41,733 nucleotides of DNA from Syntrophobacterales bacterium GWC2_56_13 (GTDB lineage Bacteria; Desulfobacterota; Syntrophia; Syntrophales; UBA5619), in NCBI GenBank assembly GCA_001830835.1, contig MICJ01000069.1:1-41733 (forward strand). The letters are read 5' to 3'. The first letter of the stretch is position 1; every line of letters starts with the position of its first letter. The translations under genes were made by a program, and so were the position numbers. The notes beneath the pieces are model-generated. The model made no database searches. It saw only the letters and a list, made by a program, of their open reading frames with translations, and was not told the origin of the DNA. Positions 1-10,131 of this stretch are shown one piece after another.

Positions 1-73
1 CCGTGATCTTGACGGCCGCAACGCCCAGCTTGGAAAAAAACTTCACGACTTCCCCGACCTTCTGCTCAGCCAT
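1..73 (-). CDS. 5' part of a small protein, probably a translation-elongation-factor-like beta-barrel (peptidase U32 C-terminal-like); runs off the window
   Basis: ATG at 73 with SD GGAAGGAGG (81-89); reads MAEQKVGEVVKFFSKLGVAAVKIT; family call from motif memory only. Confidence 0.5.
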   Translation of the reverse strand, partial: MAEQKVGEVVKFFSKLGVAAVKIT

Positions 74-138
74 AACCGGTCCTCCTTCCGCATGACATTG
101 TCGGACAAAACACCGTTTTGTGAACCATTTGCGGTCAA

Positions 139-166
139 ACTATATCGTTTCTTATTAAAAATACAA
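139..166 (-). promoter_or_regulatory. putative sigma70 promoter for the gene starting at 73
   Basis: TTGTAT-16 nt-TATAGT just downstream of the rplQ terminator. Confidence 0.35.
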
Positions 167-182
167 GGGGGGAAATTAAGGT

Positions 183-218
183 AAAAACAAAAAAAGGGCG
201 GGGCGAATGCCCGCCCTC
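183..218 (-). terminator. intrinsic terminator ending the alpha operon
   Basis: AGGGCGGGC-ATTC-GCCCCGCCCT hairpin followed by a T-rich tract on the minus strand, right after the rplQ stop. Confidence 0.8.
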
Positions 219-229
219 CGCACGTTTTT

Positions 230-631
230 TTATTTCTTTGAGGCGGGTGACTTCTTCTTTTCTTTCTCCGTCTCCGCATCGCGGACGAATTCTATGATGG
301 ACATGGGGGCATTATCGCCTGTGCGATAACCAGTTTTGACGATCCTCGTATAGCCGCCGGACCTGTCCCGATACCGCGTGGAGAGCTCCCCGAACAACTT
401 TCCCACCATCTCCCGATCCCGGACATACGCAGCGGCCTGCCTCCTCGCATGGAGATCACCTCTCTTGCCGAGCGTGATCATCTTCTCCGCCACTTTTTTC
501 AGCTCCTTCGCCTTCATGTCGGTGGTCTTGATCTTCTCATATTTCAAAAAGGATGTCACCATCGTCCTGAGCATCGCCTTGCGATGGCTTGTCGTTCTCC
601 CCAGTTTGCTTCCAAATATTCCCTGGCCCAT
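230..631 (-). CDS. rplQ: 50S ribosomal protein L17
   Basis: [37 protein letters not shown]; follows rpoA. Confidence 0.97.
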   Translation of the reverse strand: MGQGIFGSKLGRTTSHRKAMLRTMVTSFLKYEKIKTTDMKAKELKKVAEKMITLGKRGDLHARRQAAAYVRDREMVGKLFGELSTRYRDRSGGYTRIVKTGYRTGDNAPMSIIEFVRDAETEKEKKKSPASKK

Positions 632-659
632 CGAATATCATCCTTTCCCACAGACAAAT

Positions 660-1676
660 CTATTCTGCCTCTGCGGCCGCTTCTTCCGGGTTTTCGGCCT
701 TGTTCCACGGAGAGAAACCCAGCTTCATGCCGAAGCCGAGACCCGAATCCAAAAGAATCTCCTTGATCTCAGTCAACGATTTCCTGCCGAAATTCTTGGT
801 CTTGAGCATCTCCGCTTCCGTCTTCTGAACCAGTTCCCCGATCAGATTGATACCGGCATTTTTAAGACAATTTGCCGAACGCACGGAGAGTTCCAGATCA
901 TCCACGTGCCGCAGAAGGATATCGTTGATATCTTCCTTTTCCACGATCTCGCGCGCTTCCCCCTCTTCTTCCGCCTCGGAGAAATTGATGAAGGGATCCA
1001 GCTGCTGTTTGAGTATCTTCGCAGAGTAGGCCACGGCATCCTCCGGGAGAACGCTCCCGTCCGTCCATATCTCAAGAATCAGGCGGTCATAGTCTGCAAC
1101 CTGGCCCACCCTGGCGTAGGTCACGGTATAATTGACCTTCTTTATCGGTGAAAAGATCGCATCAATATTGATGGTTCCCTCAGGCTGCTCCGGATCCCTT
1201 TCCTTCTGGGCGGGGACATAACCCTTACCCATCTTGACGACCAATTCCGCTTTGAGAAAAGCATCCCCGATCAATGTTGCGATATAGTGATCGGGATTGA
1301 GGATCTCCACCGTCCCGTCGGTGATGATATCCGCCGCGGTGACCACCCCTTCCCGGGAGGTATCGATATGGATGGTCCGCGGCCCGTCCTGATGAAGCTT
1401 CAGCCGTACGCCTTTCAGATTCAGAATGATATCGGTTACGTCCTCTTTTACTCCGGGGATCGTGGAAAATTCATGAAGGATCCCGTCAAATTTCGCGGAA
1501 ACAATGGCCGCCCCCTGAATAGAAGAGAGTAGAATCCTCCGCATCGCATTTCCCAAGGTGATGCCGAAGCCGCGCTCAAGCGGCTGGCAGCTGAACTCCC
1601 CATAAAAATGGGTATGGGTCGCTTCGTCGATATCGACTCTTTTTGGTTGAATCAAACTGCGCCAGTTTCTCTGCAT
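660..1676 (-). CDS. rpoA: RNA polymerase alpha subunit
   Basis: [34 protein letters not shown]. Confidence 0.99.
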   Translation of the reverse strand: MQRNWRSLIQPKRVDIDEATHTHFYGEFSCQPLERGFGITLGNAMRRILLSSIQGAAIVSAKFDGILHEFSTIPGVKEDVTDIILNLKGVRLKLHQDGPRTIHIDTSREGVVTAADIITDGTVEILNPDHYIATLIGDAFLKAELVVKMGKGYVPAQKERDPEQPEGTINIDAIFSPIKKVNYTVTYARVGQVADYDRLILEIWTDGSVLPEDAVAYSAKILKQQLDPFINFSEAEEEGEAREIVEKEDINDILLRHVDDLELSVRSANCLKNAGINLIGELVQKTEAEMLKTKNFGRKSLTEIKEILLDSGLGFGMKLGFSPWNKAENPEEAAAEAE

Positions 1677-1713
1677 AATTTCTTTCCCTGTCCTTCCGAT
1701 ACCTGGTTAGTGC

Positions 1714-2340
1714 TTACTTGGAATAAAGCTCTACGATCAGCTGTTCCTTTACCGGCATCGTCAATTCTTCACGGGTAGGAAGCGTCTTCACGACGCCCCT
1801 GAAGTTTGTTTTATCGATTTCCAGCCATTGAGGCACACCCCTTCTGGCAACGGTTTCCATAGCCTCGAGGATCCGCTCGACCTTGCGGCTCCCCTCTCTG
1901 ACCTGGACTTCGTCTCCGAGCTTGATCAGATAGGAAGGGACATTGACCGGCTTTCCGCTGACCATAAAATGGTTATGTCTTACCATCTGTCTTGCTTCCG
2001 TACGCGAATTGGCAAAACCCATCCTGAAGACCATGTTGTCCAGCCTTCTCTCCAGAAACACGAGGAGATTGGTCCCGGTAATTCCTTTTTGTCTGTCCGC
2101 TTTATGGAAATACCCCCGGAACTGCTTTTCCAGCAGGCCGTACATCCTCTTGAGCTTCTGCTTTTCCCTCAACTGGACGCCGTAGTCGGAGAATTTTTTC
2201 CGCATCTGGCCGTGATCTCCCGGCGCATAACTCCGCCTTTCATAGGCGCATTTTTCACTGTAGCATCTGTCCCCTTTGAGAAACAGCTTTAAACCTTCTC
2301 TCCGGCACAACCTGCACGTGGATTCTCTATACCTTGCCAA
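1714..2340 (-). CDS. rpsD: 30S ribosomal protein S4 (Zn-binding form)
   Basis: TTG start; CRLCRRE..C..C, LERRLDN, IVELYSK. Confidence 0.99.
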   Translation of the reverse strand: MARYRESTCRLCRREGLKLFLKGDRCYSEKCAYERRSYAPGDHGQMRKKFSDYGVQLREKQKLKRMYGLLEKQFRGYFHKADRQKGITGTNLLVFLERRLDNMVFRMGFANSRTEARQMVRHNHFMVSGKPVNVPSYLIKLGDEVQVREGSRKVERILEAMETVARRGVPQWLEIDKTNFRGVVKTLPTREELTMPVKEQLIVELYSK

Positions 2341-2351
2341 AAATGCCTCCC

Positions 2352-2437
2352 TGATCAGTGATCAATTAACAATTATCAGTGTACAATGATCAACGATCAA
2401 CGGCGACTGACCGTTGATCATTGATCGTTGACAGTTG
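2352..2437. repeat. inverted array of TGATCAA-like heptamers (rpsK-rpsD spacer)
   Basis: 7 heptamers from 2352, then 3 reverse-orientation units; 20-bp arms 2384-2403 and 2411-2430 match 18/20. Confidence 0.8.
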
Positions 2438-2438
2438 C

Positions 2439-2831
2439 TTAAACCCTTCTGCGTTTGGGCGGACGGCACCCGTTATGGGGAATCGGCGTCACGTCGCGGA
2501 TCAGACTGATCTTGAGCCCTGCCAGCTGCAGCGATCTCAGGGCCGATTCCCGGCCTGAACCCGGTCCTTTGACGTAGACCTGAACGGATCTCACCCCATG
2601 TTCCCTTGCCTTCTTCACGGCGTCCTCCGCCGCCATCTGCGCCGCAAAGGGGGTGCTTTTCCTCGACCCCTTGAACCCCTGCATTCCAGCGGACGCCCAG
2701 GCAATGACATTCCCGCTCAGATCGGTAATCGTCACAATCGTATTGTTAAAGGTCGACTGAATGTGCGCTATTCCCTCGGAGATATTTTTCTTTTCCTTTT
2801 TCTTCCCTGTTTTTCTGACTGGCTTTGCCAT
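2439..2831 (-). CDS. rpsK: 30S ribosomal protein S11
   Basis: [35 protein letters not shown]. Confidence 0.99.
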   Translation of the reverse strand: MAKPVRKTGKKKEKKNISEGIAHIQSTFNNTIVTITDLSGNVIAWASAGMQGFKGSRKSTPFAAQMAAEDAVKKAREHGVRSVQVYVKGPGSGRESALRSLQLAGLKISLIRDVTPIPHNGCRPPKRRRV

Positions 2832-2852
2832 TGGTCCTCCGGATCCACTCCC

Positions 2853-3221
2853 CTATTTCTTCTTGCCGGCAATCGACCTTCTCGGTCCTTTTCTTGTCCT
2901 GGCGTTGGTGCTCGTTCTCTGGCCCCTGACGGGAAGTCCCTTTCGATGCCGCAACCCGCGGTAACTCCCGACGTCCATCAGCCTCTTGATGGACATGGAC
3001 ACATCCCGTCGCAAATCCCCTTCGACCTTCTGTTCCTTGTCGATGATACTCCTGATGGAGGTTATTTCCGCATCTGCAAGCTGCTCGGTTCTCGTATCGG
3101 GACCGACGGCGGCTTCGCGAAGGATCTCTTTTGATTTTGACCGCCCGATCCCGTAGATGTAGGTCAAAGCGATCTCCATCCTTTTGTTCTTGGGTAAATC
3201 CACACCTGCAATTCGTGCCAC
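2853..3221 (-). CDS. rpsM: 30S ribosomal protein S13
   Basis: GTG start; [27 protein letters not shown]. Confidence 0.99.
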   Translation of the reverse strand: MARIAGVDLPKNKRMEIALTYIYGIGRSKSKEILREAAVGPDTRTEQLADAEITSIRSIIDKEQKVEGDLRRDVSMSIKRLMDVGSYRGLRHRKGLPVRGQRTSTNARTRKGPRRSIAGKKK

Positions 3222-3248
3222 CTGACAACCTCCTGAAAATTCAAATCC

Positions 3249-3362
3249 TTATCCCTGACGCTGCTTATGCTTCGGATTTTCGCAAATCACACGCAACACG
3301 CCCCGCCTTTTGACGATCTTGCACTTTTCGCATATTTTCTTGACCGAAGAACGTACTTTCAC
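3249..3362 (-). CDS. rpmJ: 50S ribosomal protein L36, copy 1 (not in ORF track)
   Basis: GTG start, SD GAGGAG; [37 protein letters not shown]. Confidence 0.97.
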   Translation of the reverse strand: MKVRSSVKKICEKCKIVKRRGVLRVICENPKHKQRQG

Positions 3363-3424
3363 GATCATCACTCCTCTATCCGCCGAAGGCACGGCGTGGA
3401 CCGCAGACCGGTCTACCGCCTTCG

Positions 3425-3643
3425 CTATTTAGTCCTGTAAATGATCCTTCCCCGGGTCAGGTCATAGGGAGACAACTCGACCGTGACCTTGTCGCCGGGA
3501 AGAATCTTGATAAAATGCATCCTCATCTTCCCGGAAATATGGGCCAGAACGCGATGACCGTTTTCCAGTTCCACACGAAACATGGCATTGGGCAGGGGTT
3601 CAATCACCCGGCCTTCAACCTCTATTGCTTCCTCTTTCGCCAT
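3425..3643 (-). CDS. infA: translation initiation factor IF-1, copy 1
   Basis: [33 protein letters not shown]. Confidence 0.97.
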   Translation of the reverse strand: MAKEEAIEVEGRVIEPLPNAMFRVELENGHRVLAHISGKMRMHFIKILPGDKVTVELSPYDLTRGRIIYRTK

Positions 3644-3654
3644 AATTTCCACCC

Positions 3655-3671
3655 GGGGACAGATTTCAAAT
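3655..3671. repeat. truncated 25-bp palindrome at the duplication junction
   Basis: GGGGACAGATTTCAAAT followed directly by rpsM sequence. Confidence 0.85.
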
Positions 3672-3730
3672 GTCAAAGCGATCTCCATCCTTTTGTTCTT
3701 GGGTAAATCCACACCTGCAATTCGTGCCAC
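3672..3730 (-). pseudogene. rpsM: duplicated 5' fragment of rpsM (about 20 codons), in frame with downstream infA
   Basis: [20 protein letters not shown], cut by the duplication junction. Confidence 0.85.
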
Positions 3731-3757
3731 CTGACAACCTCCTGAAAATTCAAATCC

Positions 3758-3871
3758 TTATCCCTGACGCTGCTTATGCTTCGGATTTTCGCAAATCACA
3801 CGCAACACGCCCCGCCTTTTGACGATCTTGCACTTTTCGCATATTTTCTTGACCGAAGAACGTACTTTCAC
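3758..3871 (-). CDS. rpmJ: 50S ribosomal protein L36, copy 2
   Basis: identical to 3249-3362. Confidence 0.93.
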   Translation of the reverse strand: MKVRSSVKKICEKCKIVKRRGVLRVICENPKHKQRQG

Positions 3872-3933
3872 GATCATCACTCCTCTATCCGCCGAAGGCA
3901 CGGCGTGGACCGCAGACCGGTCTACCGCCTTCG

Positions 3934-4152
3934 CTATTTAGTCCTGTAAATGATCCTTCCCCGGGTCAGGTCATAGGGAGACAACTCGACCGTGACCTTG
4001 TCGCCGGGAAGAATCTTGATAAAATGCATCCTCATCTTCCCGGAAATATGGGCCAGAACGCGATGACCGTTTTCCAGTTCCACACGAAACATGGCATTGG
4101 GCAGGGGTTCAATCACCCGGCCTTCAACCTCTATTGCTTCCTCTTTCGCCAT
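3934..4152 (-). CDS. infA: translation initiation factor IF-1, copy 2
   Basis: identical to 3425-3643; follows map. Confidence 0.95.
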   Translation of the reverse strand: MAKEEAIEVEGRVIEPLPNAMFRVELENGHRVLAHISGKMRMHFIKILPGDKVTVELSPYDLTRGRIIYRTK

Positions 4153-4163
4153 AATTTCCACCC

Positions 4164-4227
4164 GGGGACAGATTTCAAATCTGTCCCCATGCCGTTATTT
4201 CCGGGGACAGATTTCAAATCTGTCCCC
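4164..4227. repeat. two tandem REP-like 25-bp palindromes (4164-4188, 4203-4227)
   Basis: GGGGACAGATTT-C-AAATCTGTCCCC twice, 39-bp period, each followed by ATGCCG. Confidence 0.92.
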
Positions 4228-4236
4228 ATGCCGCCG

Positions 4237-4986
4237 TCACTGAATCAGGCTGAGAATATCCGGTCCGTTTTCCGTAATCGCTACGGAATGTTCAAAGTGC
4301 GCGGAAAGTTTTCCGTCCTCTGTGACCACGGTCCACCCGTCCGGCAGAACCTTGATCCGGTAACTTCCCTCATTGACCATCGGCTCTATGGCCAGGACCA
4401 TTCCCGGCCGGAGCTCAATCCCTCTTCCTCGGACGCCGTAATTGGGGATCTGCGGCTCTTCGTGGAGGCTTCTGCCGATGCCGTGTCCGACAAAATCCCG
4501 GATAACCGAAAAGCCGTCCGCTTCGACGCGCTGCTGGACAGCGGCTGAAACATCTCCCAGGCGATTGCCGGCCCGCGCCTGATGGATTGCATCGTAAAGA
4601 CTCTCTTCGGTCGCCCTCATCAGTCTCTGGGCTTTCACGGAAACGGGTCCAACCGGAACAGTGATGGCGGCATCGCCGAAATACCCCTTGTAATCCACCC
4701 CGAAGTCGAGGCTCAGAATATCTCCGGAGATGAGAGGTCTTTCCGACGGCAGCCCATGAACCACTTCGCCATTCACGGATGTACACAGAGCAAAGGGATA
4801 GCCGCGGTATCCCTTGAATGCGGGCCTGACCCGTCTCTTGTGCGACAGCTCTTCGGACATTCTGTCAAGCTCGCGGGTAGTTACGCCCGGCTTTACCTTT
4901 TCCCTCAATTCGCACAAGATCTCCGCAACGATCAGATTGCTCGTCCGCAGCTTCTCAATCTCGTCCGGCAATTTCAGGATGACCAT
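4237..4986 (-). CDS. map: type I methionine aminopeptidase
   Basis: FVGHGIG, HEEPQIPN, AIEPMVN, SAHFEHS; ATG at 4986. Confidence 0.97.
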   Translation of the reverse strand: MVILKLPDEIEKLRTSNLIVAEILCELREKVKPGVTTRELDRMSEELSHKRRVRPAFKGYRGYPFALCTSVNGEVVHGLPSERPLISGDILSLDFGVDYKGYFGDAAITVPVGPVSVKAQRLMRATEESLYDAIHQARAGNRLGDVSAAVQQRVEADGFSVIRDFVGHGIGRSLHEEPQIPNYGVRGRGIELRPGMVLAIEPMVNEGSYRIKVLPDGWTVVTEDGKLSAHFEHSVAITENGPDILSLIQ

Positions 4987-5022
4987 GTCAATGATCCGAC
5001 TCTTCCGGTAGTAATGCATCCC

Positions 5023-6330
5023 TCAACGTCTTCTGGCTATCTTGCCTTTTTTCATGAAACCTTCATACTGTCTTGTCAGCAGATGGGTCTCGATCTGCCC
5101 CGCCGTATCCAGGGCGACACCCACGACAATCAGGAGAGCTGTTCCTCCGAAGTAGAAGGGAACATTGAAAGAACTGATCAGAATGCTGGGAAGCACGCAG
5201 ACGGCGGAGACATAGATCGCCCCTCCGAATGTCAGCTTCGTAAGGACATCATCGATATACTCGGCCGTCTTCTTGCCCGGCCGGATGCCTGGTACGTAAC
5301 CGCCGTATTTTCTCATGTTGTCGGCCACGTCCACCGGATTGAAGGTAACGGCCGTATAGAAAAAACAGAAGAAGACGATAAAGGCCACGTAGAGCAGCTC
5401 ATAGCCGACCCGTCCCGGGATCAGCTCACCCGCAACCGCCTTCATCCAGGGATGGGGGATGAAATTCGCGATCGTCGCCGGAAACATGATGATCGAAGAG
5501 GCAAATATCGGCGGGATGACGCCAGCCGAATTGACCTTCAGGGGAAGGTGGGTCGACTGACCGCCGTACATCTTCCTCCCGATAATCCGCTTCGCATACT
5601 GCACGGGGATCCTTCTCTGTCCACTCTCGACAAAGACGATCACGCCGATGACCAGTACCATCATCAAGATAAGGATGAGTATGAAAAAAATTCCCATTTC
5701 ACCCGAGAAGAGGAGGCGGAAGGTGTTGATGATCGCCTCCGGCCCGCGGACCACGATACCGGCGAAAATGATCAGCGAGATGCCGTTGCCGATCCCCTTT
5801 TCGGTAATCTGCTCCCCCAGCCACATGATAAACGCGGTCCCCGCCGTCAGGGTGATCACCGTCATCAGCCGGAACGCCCAGCCGGTAGTGATGACTATGG
5901 AGGCCCCCGTGGGACCCGCCATGTTTTCCAGCCCGATGGAAATTCCAAATCCCTGGATCAGGCTGAGAACCACCGTCCCATAACGGGTGTACTGCGTGAT
6001 CTTTCGCCTGCCCGCTTCTCCCTCTTTGGAAAGCTTTTCCAGGTAGGGGACGGCCACGGTCAAAAGCTGCAGGATGATCGAGGCGCTGATGTAGGGCATG
6101 ATCCCCAGCGCAAAGACCGAAAGATTGCTCAGCGCCCCCCCGGCAAACATGTCAAAGAGCCCAAGCAGAGATCCCTTTGCCTGTTCGAAAAAGGCAGCCA
6201 GTGCCGCAGTATCGATCCCGGGTGTGGGGACATGAGCGCCGATCCGGTAGACCGCCAGAAGGAGAAAAGTAAAGAGAATCCTCTTCTGAAGCTCCGGTAT
6301 CTTGGAAATATTTTTTAAGCCTTCTAACAA
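5023..6330 (-). CDS. secY: preprotein translocase SecY
   Basis: [39 protein letters not shown]. Confidence 0.99.
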   Translation of the reverse strand: MLEGLKNISKIPELQKRILFTFLLLAVYRIGAHVPTPGIDTAALAAFFEQAKGSLLGLFDMFAGGALSNLSVFALGIMPYISASIILQLLTVAVPYLEKLSKEGEAGRRKITQYTRYGTVVLSLIQGFGISIGLENMAGPTGASIVITTGWAFRLMTVITLTAGTAFIMWLGEQITEKGIGNGISLIIFAGIVVRGPEAIINTFRLLFSGEMGIFFILILILMMVLVIGVIVFVESGQRRIPVQYAKRIIGRKMYGGQSTHLPLKVNSAGVIPPIFASSIIMFPATIANFIPHPWMKAVAGELIPGRVGYELLYVAFIVFFCFFYTAVTFNPVDVADNMRKYGGYVPGIRPGKKTAEYIDDVLTKLTFGGAIYVSAVCVLPSILISSFNVPFYFGGTALLIVVGVALDTAGQIETHLLTRQYEGFMKKGKIARRR

Positions 6331-6331
6331 A

Positions 6332-6775
6332 TCAGCCGACCTCTACAATTGTGCCGCCTGCGGCTTCAATCTTCTGCCGCGCCCCACGGCTGACCATATC
6401 CACCTTCAGGGAGAGAGGAAAGCCGATCTCCCCATTTCCCAATACCTTGATTCCGTCCGCCTTCCGCGTCACCAGCCCCGCGGAAAGCAGTGTCTCCCGA
6501 TCAACAACCGATCCCTCCGGAAAGCGTTTCAACTCCTCGATATTGACCGTGGCGATGATCCGCCTCATGGGATTCTTGAATCCCCGTTTGGGCAGTCTTC
6601 GCGAGAGGGGCATCTGCCCTCCCTCGAAATTGGGTCTGACACTGTGCCCGGAGCGGGCATTCTGACCCTTTGCCCCTTTTCCGGCCGTGCCTCCGTGCCC
6701 CGAGCCGTCTCCGCGACCGACCCTTTTGCCCTTCTTCCGCGAGCCTTCCGGCGGTTTCAATGTTCCCAGATTCAT
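6332..6775 (-). CDS. rplO: 50S ribosomal protein L15
   Basis: [25 protein letters not shown]. Confidence 0.98.
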   Translation of the reverse strand: MNLGTLKPPEGSRKKGKRVGRGDGSGHGGTAGKGAKGQNARSGHSVRPNFEGGQMPLSRRLPKRGFKNPMRRIIATVNIEELKRFPEGSVVDRETLLSAGLVTRKADGIKVLGNGEIGFPLSLKVDMVSRGARQKIEAAGGTIVEVG

Positions 6776-6969
6776 TTCCCGCTCCCCTCAACTTCTACCG
6801 CAGCCACGAGGTGATCGACCTTCCGGATCATACCGCGTATTTCAGGCGTATCGTTCAGCACAACGGTCTTATTTACCTTCCCTAATCCCATGCCGCGAAG
6901 GACCCTGCGCTGAGCCTCAGGCCGGCCTATGAAACTTTTCACCAGTGTAATCTTCAGTTTTTTTACCAC
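6772..6969 (-). CDS. rpmD: 50S ribosomal protein L30
   Basis: [22 protein letters not shown]; position. Confidence 0.96.
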   Translation of the reverse strand: MVKKLKITLVKSFIGRPEAQRRVLRGMGLGKVNKTVVLNDTPEIRGMIRKVDHLVAAVEVEGSGK

Positions 6970-6980
6970 AGCCTGCCCCT

Positions 6981-7481
6981 CTAAGCGCTAATTTCAGCAA
7001 TGCTCCTGCCTCTGACCGCAGCTATATCTGCCGGCGCCTTCAACTGCCCCAGGCCCTCTATGGTCGCCTTGACCAGGTTGTGAGGATTATGCGAACCGAG
7101 GCACTTCGTAAGGATGTTCTGAACCCCGGCCACTTCCAGGACAGCCCGGACCGCCCCGCCGGCAATCAGTCCGGTCCCTTCGGACGCAGGCTTCAGAAGG
7201 ACTTTCCCGGCGCCGTAATGCCCGATGACGCTGTAGGGAATTGTTCTGTTCTCGATCGCCACCCTGATCATGGTTCTCTTGGCCTGTTCCATACCCTTTC
7301 GGATTGCCTCCGGGACTTCATGCGCCTTGCCCAGACCGGCGCCGACGGACCCTTTTCCATCGCCGACAACTACAATGGCACTGAACCGGAAGCGGCGTCC
7401 GCCTTTCACCACTTTGGCCGTCCTGTTTATCGCAATCACTCTGTCGAGAAGTTCCAATTCTTCCATATTTTTACTTTCCAA
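6981..7481 (-). CDS. rpsE: 30S ribosomal protein S5 (alternative start 7466)
   Basis: [25 protein letters not shown]. Confidence 0.98.
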   Translation of the reverse strand: MESKNMEELELLDRVIAINRTAKVVKGGRRFRFSAIVVVGDGKGSVGAGLGKAHEVPEAIRKGMEQAKRTMIRVAIENRTIPYSVIGHYGAGKVLLKPASEGTGLIAGGAVRAVLEVAGVQNILTKCLGSHNPHNLVKATIEGLGQLKAPADIAAVRGRSIAEISA

Positions 7482-7519
7482 CGATCTTTCCCTTCCCTAT
7501 CGATTGTCGAATTGCAGGC

Positions 7520-7885
7520 TCAAAACTTCAGTCCTGCTTCTCTCGCGCCGTCGGCCAGAGACCTTACCCTGCCGTGATAGAGGTACCTTCCGCGATCGAA
7601 GACGGCCTCTTCAATACCGATGGCCTGGAGTCGCTTTGCCAGCAGCATCCCCACCGCTTTCGCCGCCTCTATATTTTTCAGATCGCCGAGAGAATTCCCC
7701 AGTTCCTTGCTTAGCGTAGATGCCTCGGCAAGGGTCCTTCCTGAATCATCGGCAATGGCCTGAACATAAATATGCACAGCCGACCTGAACACGGACAGGC
7801 GCGGTCTCTTCTCGGTCCCGGACACCTTCCCCCTGACCCTCTTCTTCCGTTTGATCCTGGTCTTTTCAATTCTCTTCGTTGCCAA
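7520..7885 (-). CDS. rplR: 50S ribosomal protein L18
   Basis: [29 protein letters not shown]. Confidence 0.98.
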   Translation of the reverse strand: MATKRIEKTRIKRKKRVRGKVSGTEKRPRLSVFRSAVHIYVQAIADDSGRTLAEASTLSKELGNSLGDLKNIEAAKAVGMLLAKRLQAIGIEEAVFDRGRYLYHGRVRSLADGAREAGLKF

Positions 7886-7938
7886 TGTTCTACCTCTTCA
7901 CTGGATACACCGAGACTGGAGCCCGGCATACCGAAAAC

Positions 7939-8478
7939 TTAGGCCCCTACTGATTTTCCGACCTTACGTCTGATCTTCTCGCCCGCATACATGATCCCCT
8001 TGCCCTTGTACGGCTCCGGCTTTTTCAGACTTCGGATCTCCGCTGCCACCCGGCCGACCAACTGCTTGTCAATACCGGATACGACGATGTTGATCTGCTT
8101 ATCGACCTTAATCTGGATCCCGTCCGGTATTGGATACTCAACCGGAGAAGAAAAACCAATGGTCAGTTTAAGCTTATTGCCGATGACTTCCGCACGGTAT
8201 CCGACTCCTGATATCTCCAGCCTCTTTTCAAACCCGCTGGTGACCCCCCAGACCATGTTCGTAAGCAGGGTTCTGACCAGGCCATGATAGGACCTCTCTT
8301 TTCTTCCGTCTGACAGCCTTTTGACCTCTACCATCCTTTCGCCCAGAATCACATCAACGCCCTTTGGCGCTTTAAGGGAAAGATTTCCCTTGGGGCCCTC
8401 AACCTTTATGATGGACTGATCCTGGCTGACCCTCACCCCGGGAGGGATTTCCACGGGTATTTTACCAATTCTCGACAT
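7939..8478 (-). CDS. rplF: 50S ribosomal protein L6
   Basis: MSRIGK, GVGYRA, PEPYKGKGI. Confidence 0.99.
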   Translation of the reverse strand: MSRIGKIPVEIPPGVRVSQDQSIIKVEGPKGNLSLKAPKGVDVILGERMVEVKRLSDGRKERSYHGLVRTLLTNMVWGVTSGFEKRLEISGVGYRAEVIGNKLKLTIGFSSPVEYPIPDGIQIKVDKQINIVVSGIDKQLVGRVAAEIRSLKKPEPYKGKGIMYAGEKIRRKVGKSVGA

Positions 8479-8502
8479 GAAGCAATCTCCCGATTCTTAC
8501 CT

Positions 8503-8526
8503 GGGGACAGATTTCAAATCTGCCCC
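8503..8526. repeat. REP-like palindrome variant (rpsH-rplF spacer)
   Basis: GGGGACAGATTTCAAATCTGCCCC (one base shorter), followed by ATCGCTT. Confidence 0.85.
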
Positions 8527-8539
8527 ATCGCTTTTCAAC

Positions 8540-8941
8540 TTACCACACATTGCAGAGGAGCTCTCCACCCAGTCTCAATTCCCTGGCTTCCTTATCGGTC
8601 ATCACTCCCCTTGAGGTGGAAAGAATGGAGATGCCATAACCGTTAAGCACCTGAGGAATATTCTCACTTTTCACATAAACCCTTCTGCCGGGTTTGCTTA
8701 CCCTCTGAATATCCGTGATAACGGTTCTTTTCGTATCCGGGTACTTCAGATAAACCCTCAATATCTCATGCCCGCGCGGATCATTTTTGATGTCATAGCC
8801 GCTGATGAAACCGGATTTCTTCAACACCTTCGCAATGTTCAGATTGATCCGCGAGCTCAACAGATCAACGCTCTTGAAATGAACGCGGTTGGCATTTCTG
8901 ATCCTGGTGAGCATGTCTGCGATCGGATCGGTCATCCCCAT
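8540..8941 (-). CDS. rpsH: 30S ribosomal protein S8
   Basis: TDPIADMLTRIRNA, SKPGRRVY, ILSTSRG. Confidence 0.98.
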   Translation of the reverse strand: MGMTDPIADMLTRIRNANRVHFKSVDLLSSRINLNIAKVLKKSGFISGYDIKNDPRGHEILRVYLKYPDTKRTVITDIQRVSKPGRRVYVKSENIPQVLNGYGISILSTSRGVMTDKEARELRLGGELLCNVW

Positions 8942-8956
8942 ATCACTGCTCCTCTT

Positions 8957-9142
8957 CTACCAGCTTGATTTGATGACGCCAGGAATTTCTCCCTTTAAAG
9001 AAAGATTTCTCAGGCAAATCCTGCACATATCAAATTTTCGATAATAGGCCCTTGGTCTTCCGCATAGCGGGCAGCGGTTGTAACCCCTCACCGAGAATTT
9101 CGGTTTTCTATTGGCCTTCACAATCAAGGATGTCTTTGCCAC
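8957..9142 (-). CDS. rpsN: 30S ribosomal protein S14 type Z (Zn-binding)
   Basis: GTG at 9142, 61 aa; [23 protein letters not shown]. Confidence 0.97.
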   Translation of the reverse strand: MAKTSLIVKANRKPKFSVRGYNRCPLCGRPRAYYRKFDMCRICLRNLSLKGEIPGVIKSSW

Positions 9143-9181
9143 TCTCAATCCTCCAGAGATATATCCTTAGTCACGCTGCTT

Positions 9182-9721
9182 TCAGTTTTTGAACGGCATT
9201 CCCATAAGTTTCAGAAGCTGCCTCGCCTCATCATCAGTTTTAGCTGTAGTGACGATGGCAATGTTCATGCCTCTGATTTTATCTACCTTGTCATATTCGA
9301 TCTCCGGAAAGATGATCTGCTCCTTCAGCCCAAGGGAGAAATTCCCTCTGCCGTCAAACGATTTTGGGGAAACCCCCCTGAAATCACGGACGCGGGGGAT
9401 GGCTACGCTGACCAATCTGTCGAAGAACTCGTACATCCGCTCACTCCTGAGTGTTACACAGCATCCAATGGACATCCCCTGGCGAAGCTTGAAAGTCGCG
9501 ATGGACTTCCTCGCCTTGGTGATGATCGGCTTCTGTCCCGTGATCCTGGTCAGCTCTTCCACCGCACTATCAAGGATCTTGACATTCTGAATGGCTTCCC
9601 CGAGCCCCATGTTGACCACGATTTTCACGATTCGGGGAACTTCCAGCGGGTTCTTATAGTGAAACTCCCTGACGAGAGCCGGAACGACTTCCTTTGTATA
9701 GTATTCTTTTAGTCTTGCCAT
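9182..9721 (-). CDS. rplE: 50S ribosomal protein L5
   Basis: ATG at 9721; [22 protein letters not shown]. Confidence 0.99.
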   Translation of the reverse strand: MARLKEYYTKEVVPALVREFHYKNPLEVPRIVKIVVNMGLGEAIQNVKILDSAVEELTRITGQKPIITKARKSIATFKLRQGMSIGCCVTLRSERMYEFFDRLVSVAIPRVRDFRGVSPKSFDGRGNFSLGLKEQIIFPEIEYDKVDKIRGMNIAIVTTAKTDDEARQLLKLMGMPFKN

Positions 9722-9732
9722 CTTTCCCCAGC

Positions 9733-10053
9733 CTATGTATCCAAGATCTCGTGACACTTGCTGCAGACACGCACCTTTTTCCCATCGTCCAGGACCTTGT
9801 ATCCGATCCGGACGCCTGTACCGCATTTACTGCACAGATACAAAACATTGGAAACGTGGATCGACCCCTCCTTCTCGATAATGCCGCCTTTGCCCTTGGC
9901 ATCCGGCTTCTTGTGCTTCTTGATCAGGTTGATCTTCTCCACGATGACCCGCTCACGATCGGCGATCGTGCTCATGATCTTGCCTGTCTTGCCTTTCTCT
10001 TTCCCGGCAATGACCTTTACCGTATCCCCTTTTTTCAATCGCTTTTCCAGCAT
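9733..10053 (-). CDS. rplX: 50S ribosomal protein L24
   Basis: KOW motif [21 protein letters not shown]; two CSKC motifs. Confidence 0.98.
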   Translation of the reverse strand: MLEKRLKKGDTVKVIAGKEKGKTGKIMSTIADRERVIVEKINLIKKHKKPDAKGKGGIIEKEGSIHVSNVLYLCSKCGTGVRIGYKVLDDGKKVRVCSKCHEILDT

Positions 10054-10079
10054 CGCTTGTTCCTCAGTCGCTCCCTAAC

Positions 10080-10126
10080 GGGGACAGATTTGAAATCTGT
10101 CCCCGTCAGATTTCAAATCTGTCCCC
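10080..10126. repeat. REP-like palindrome (10080-10104, central G) plus a partial copy (10107-10126), rplN-rplX spacer
   Basis: GGGGACAGATTTGAAATCTGTCCCC-GT-CAGATTTCAAATCTGTCCCC-ATCGCTT. Confidence 0.9.
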
Positions 10127-10131
10127 ATCGC

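Larger units (their letters stand above)
3163..4180. repeat. 509-bp tandem duplication (3163-3671 = 3672-4180) covering the rpsM 5' end, rpmJ and infA
   Basis: Copies identical by eye; constant offset of 509 (infA stops at 3425 and 3934); junction between 3671 and 3672. Confidence 0.95.

Noticed and set aside
4164-4233. Tandem palindromes as a CRISPR array
   Set aside because: Only two units with a 14-nt gap, other copies are dispersed, and there are no cas genes
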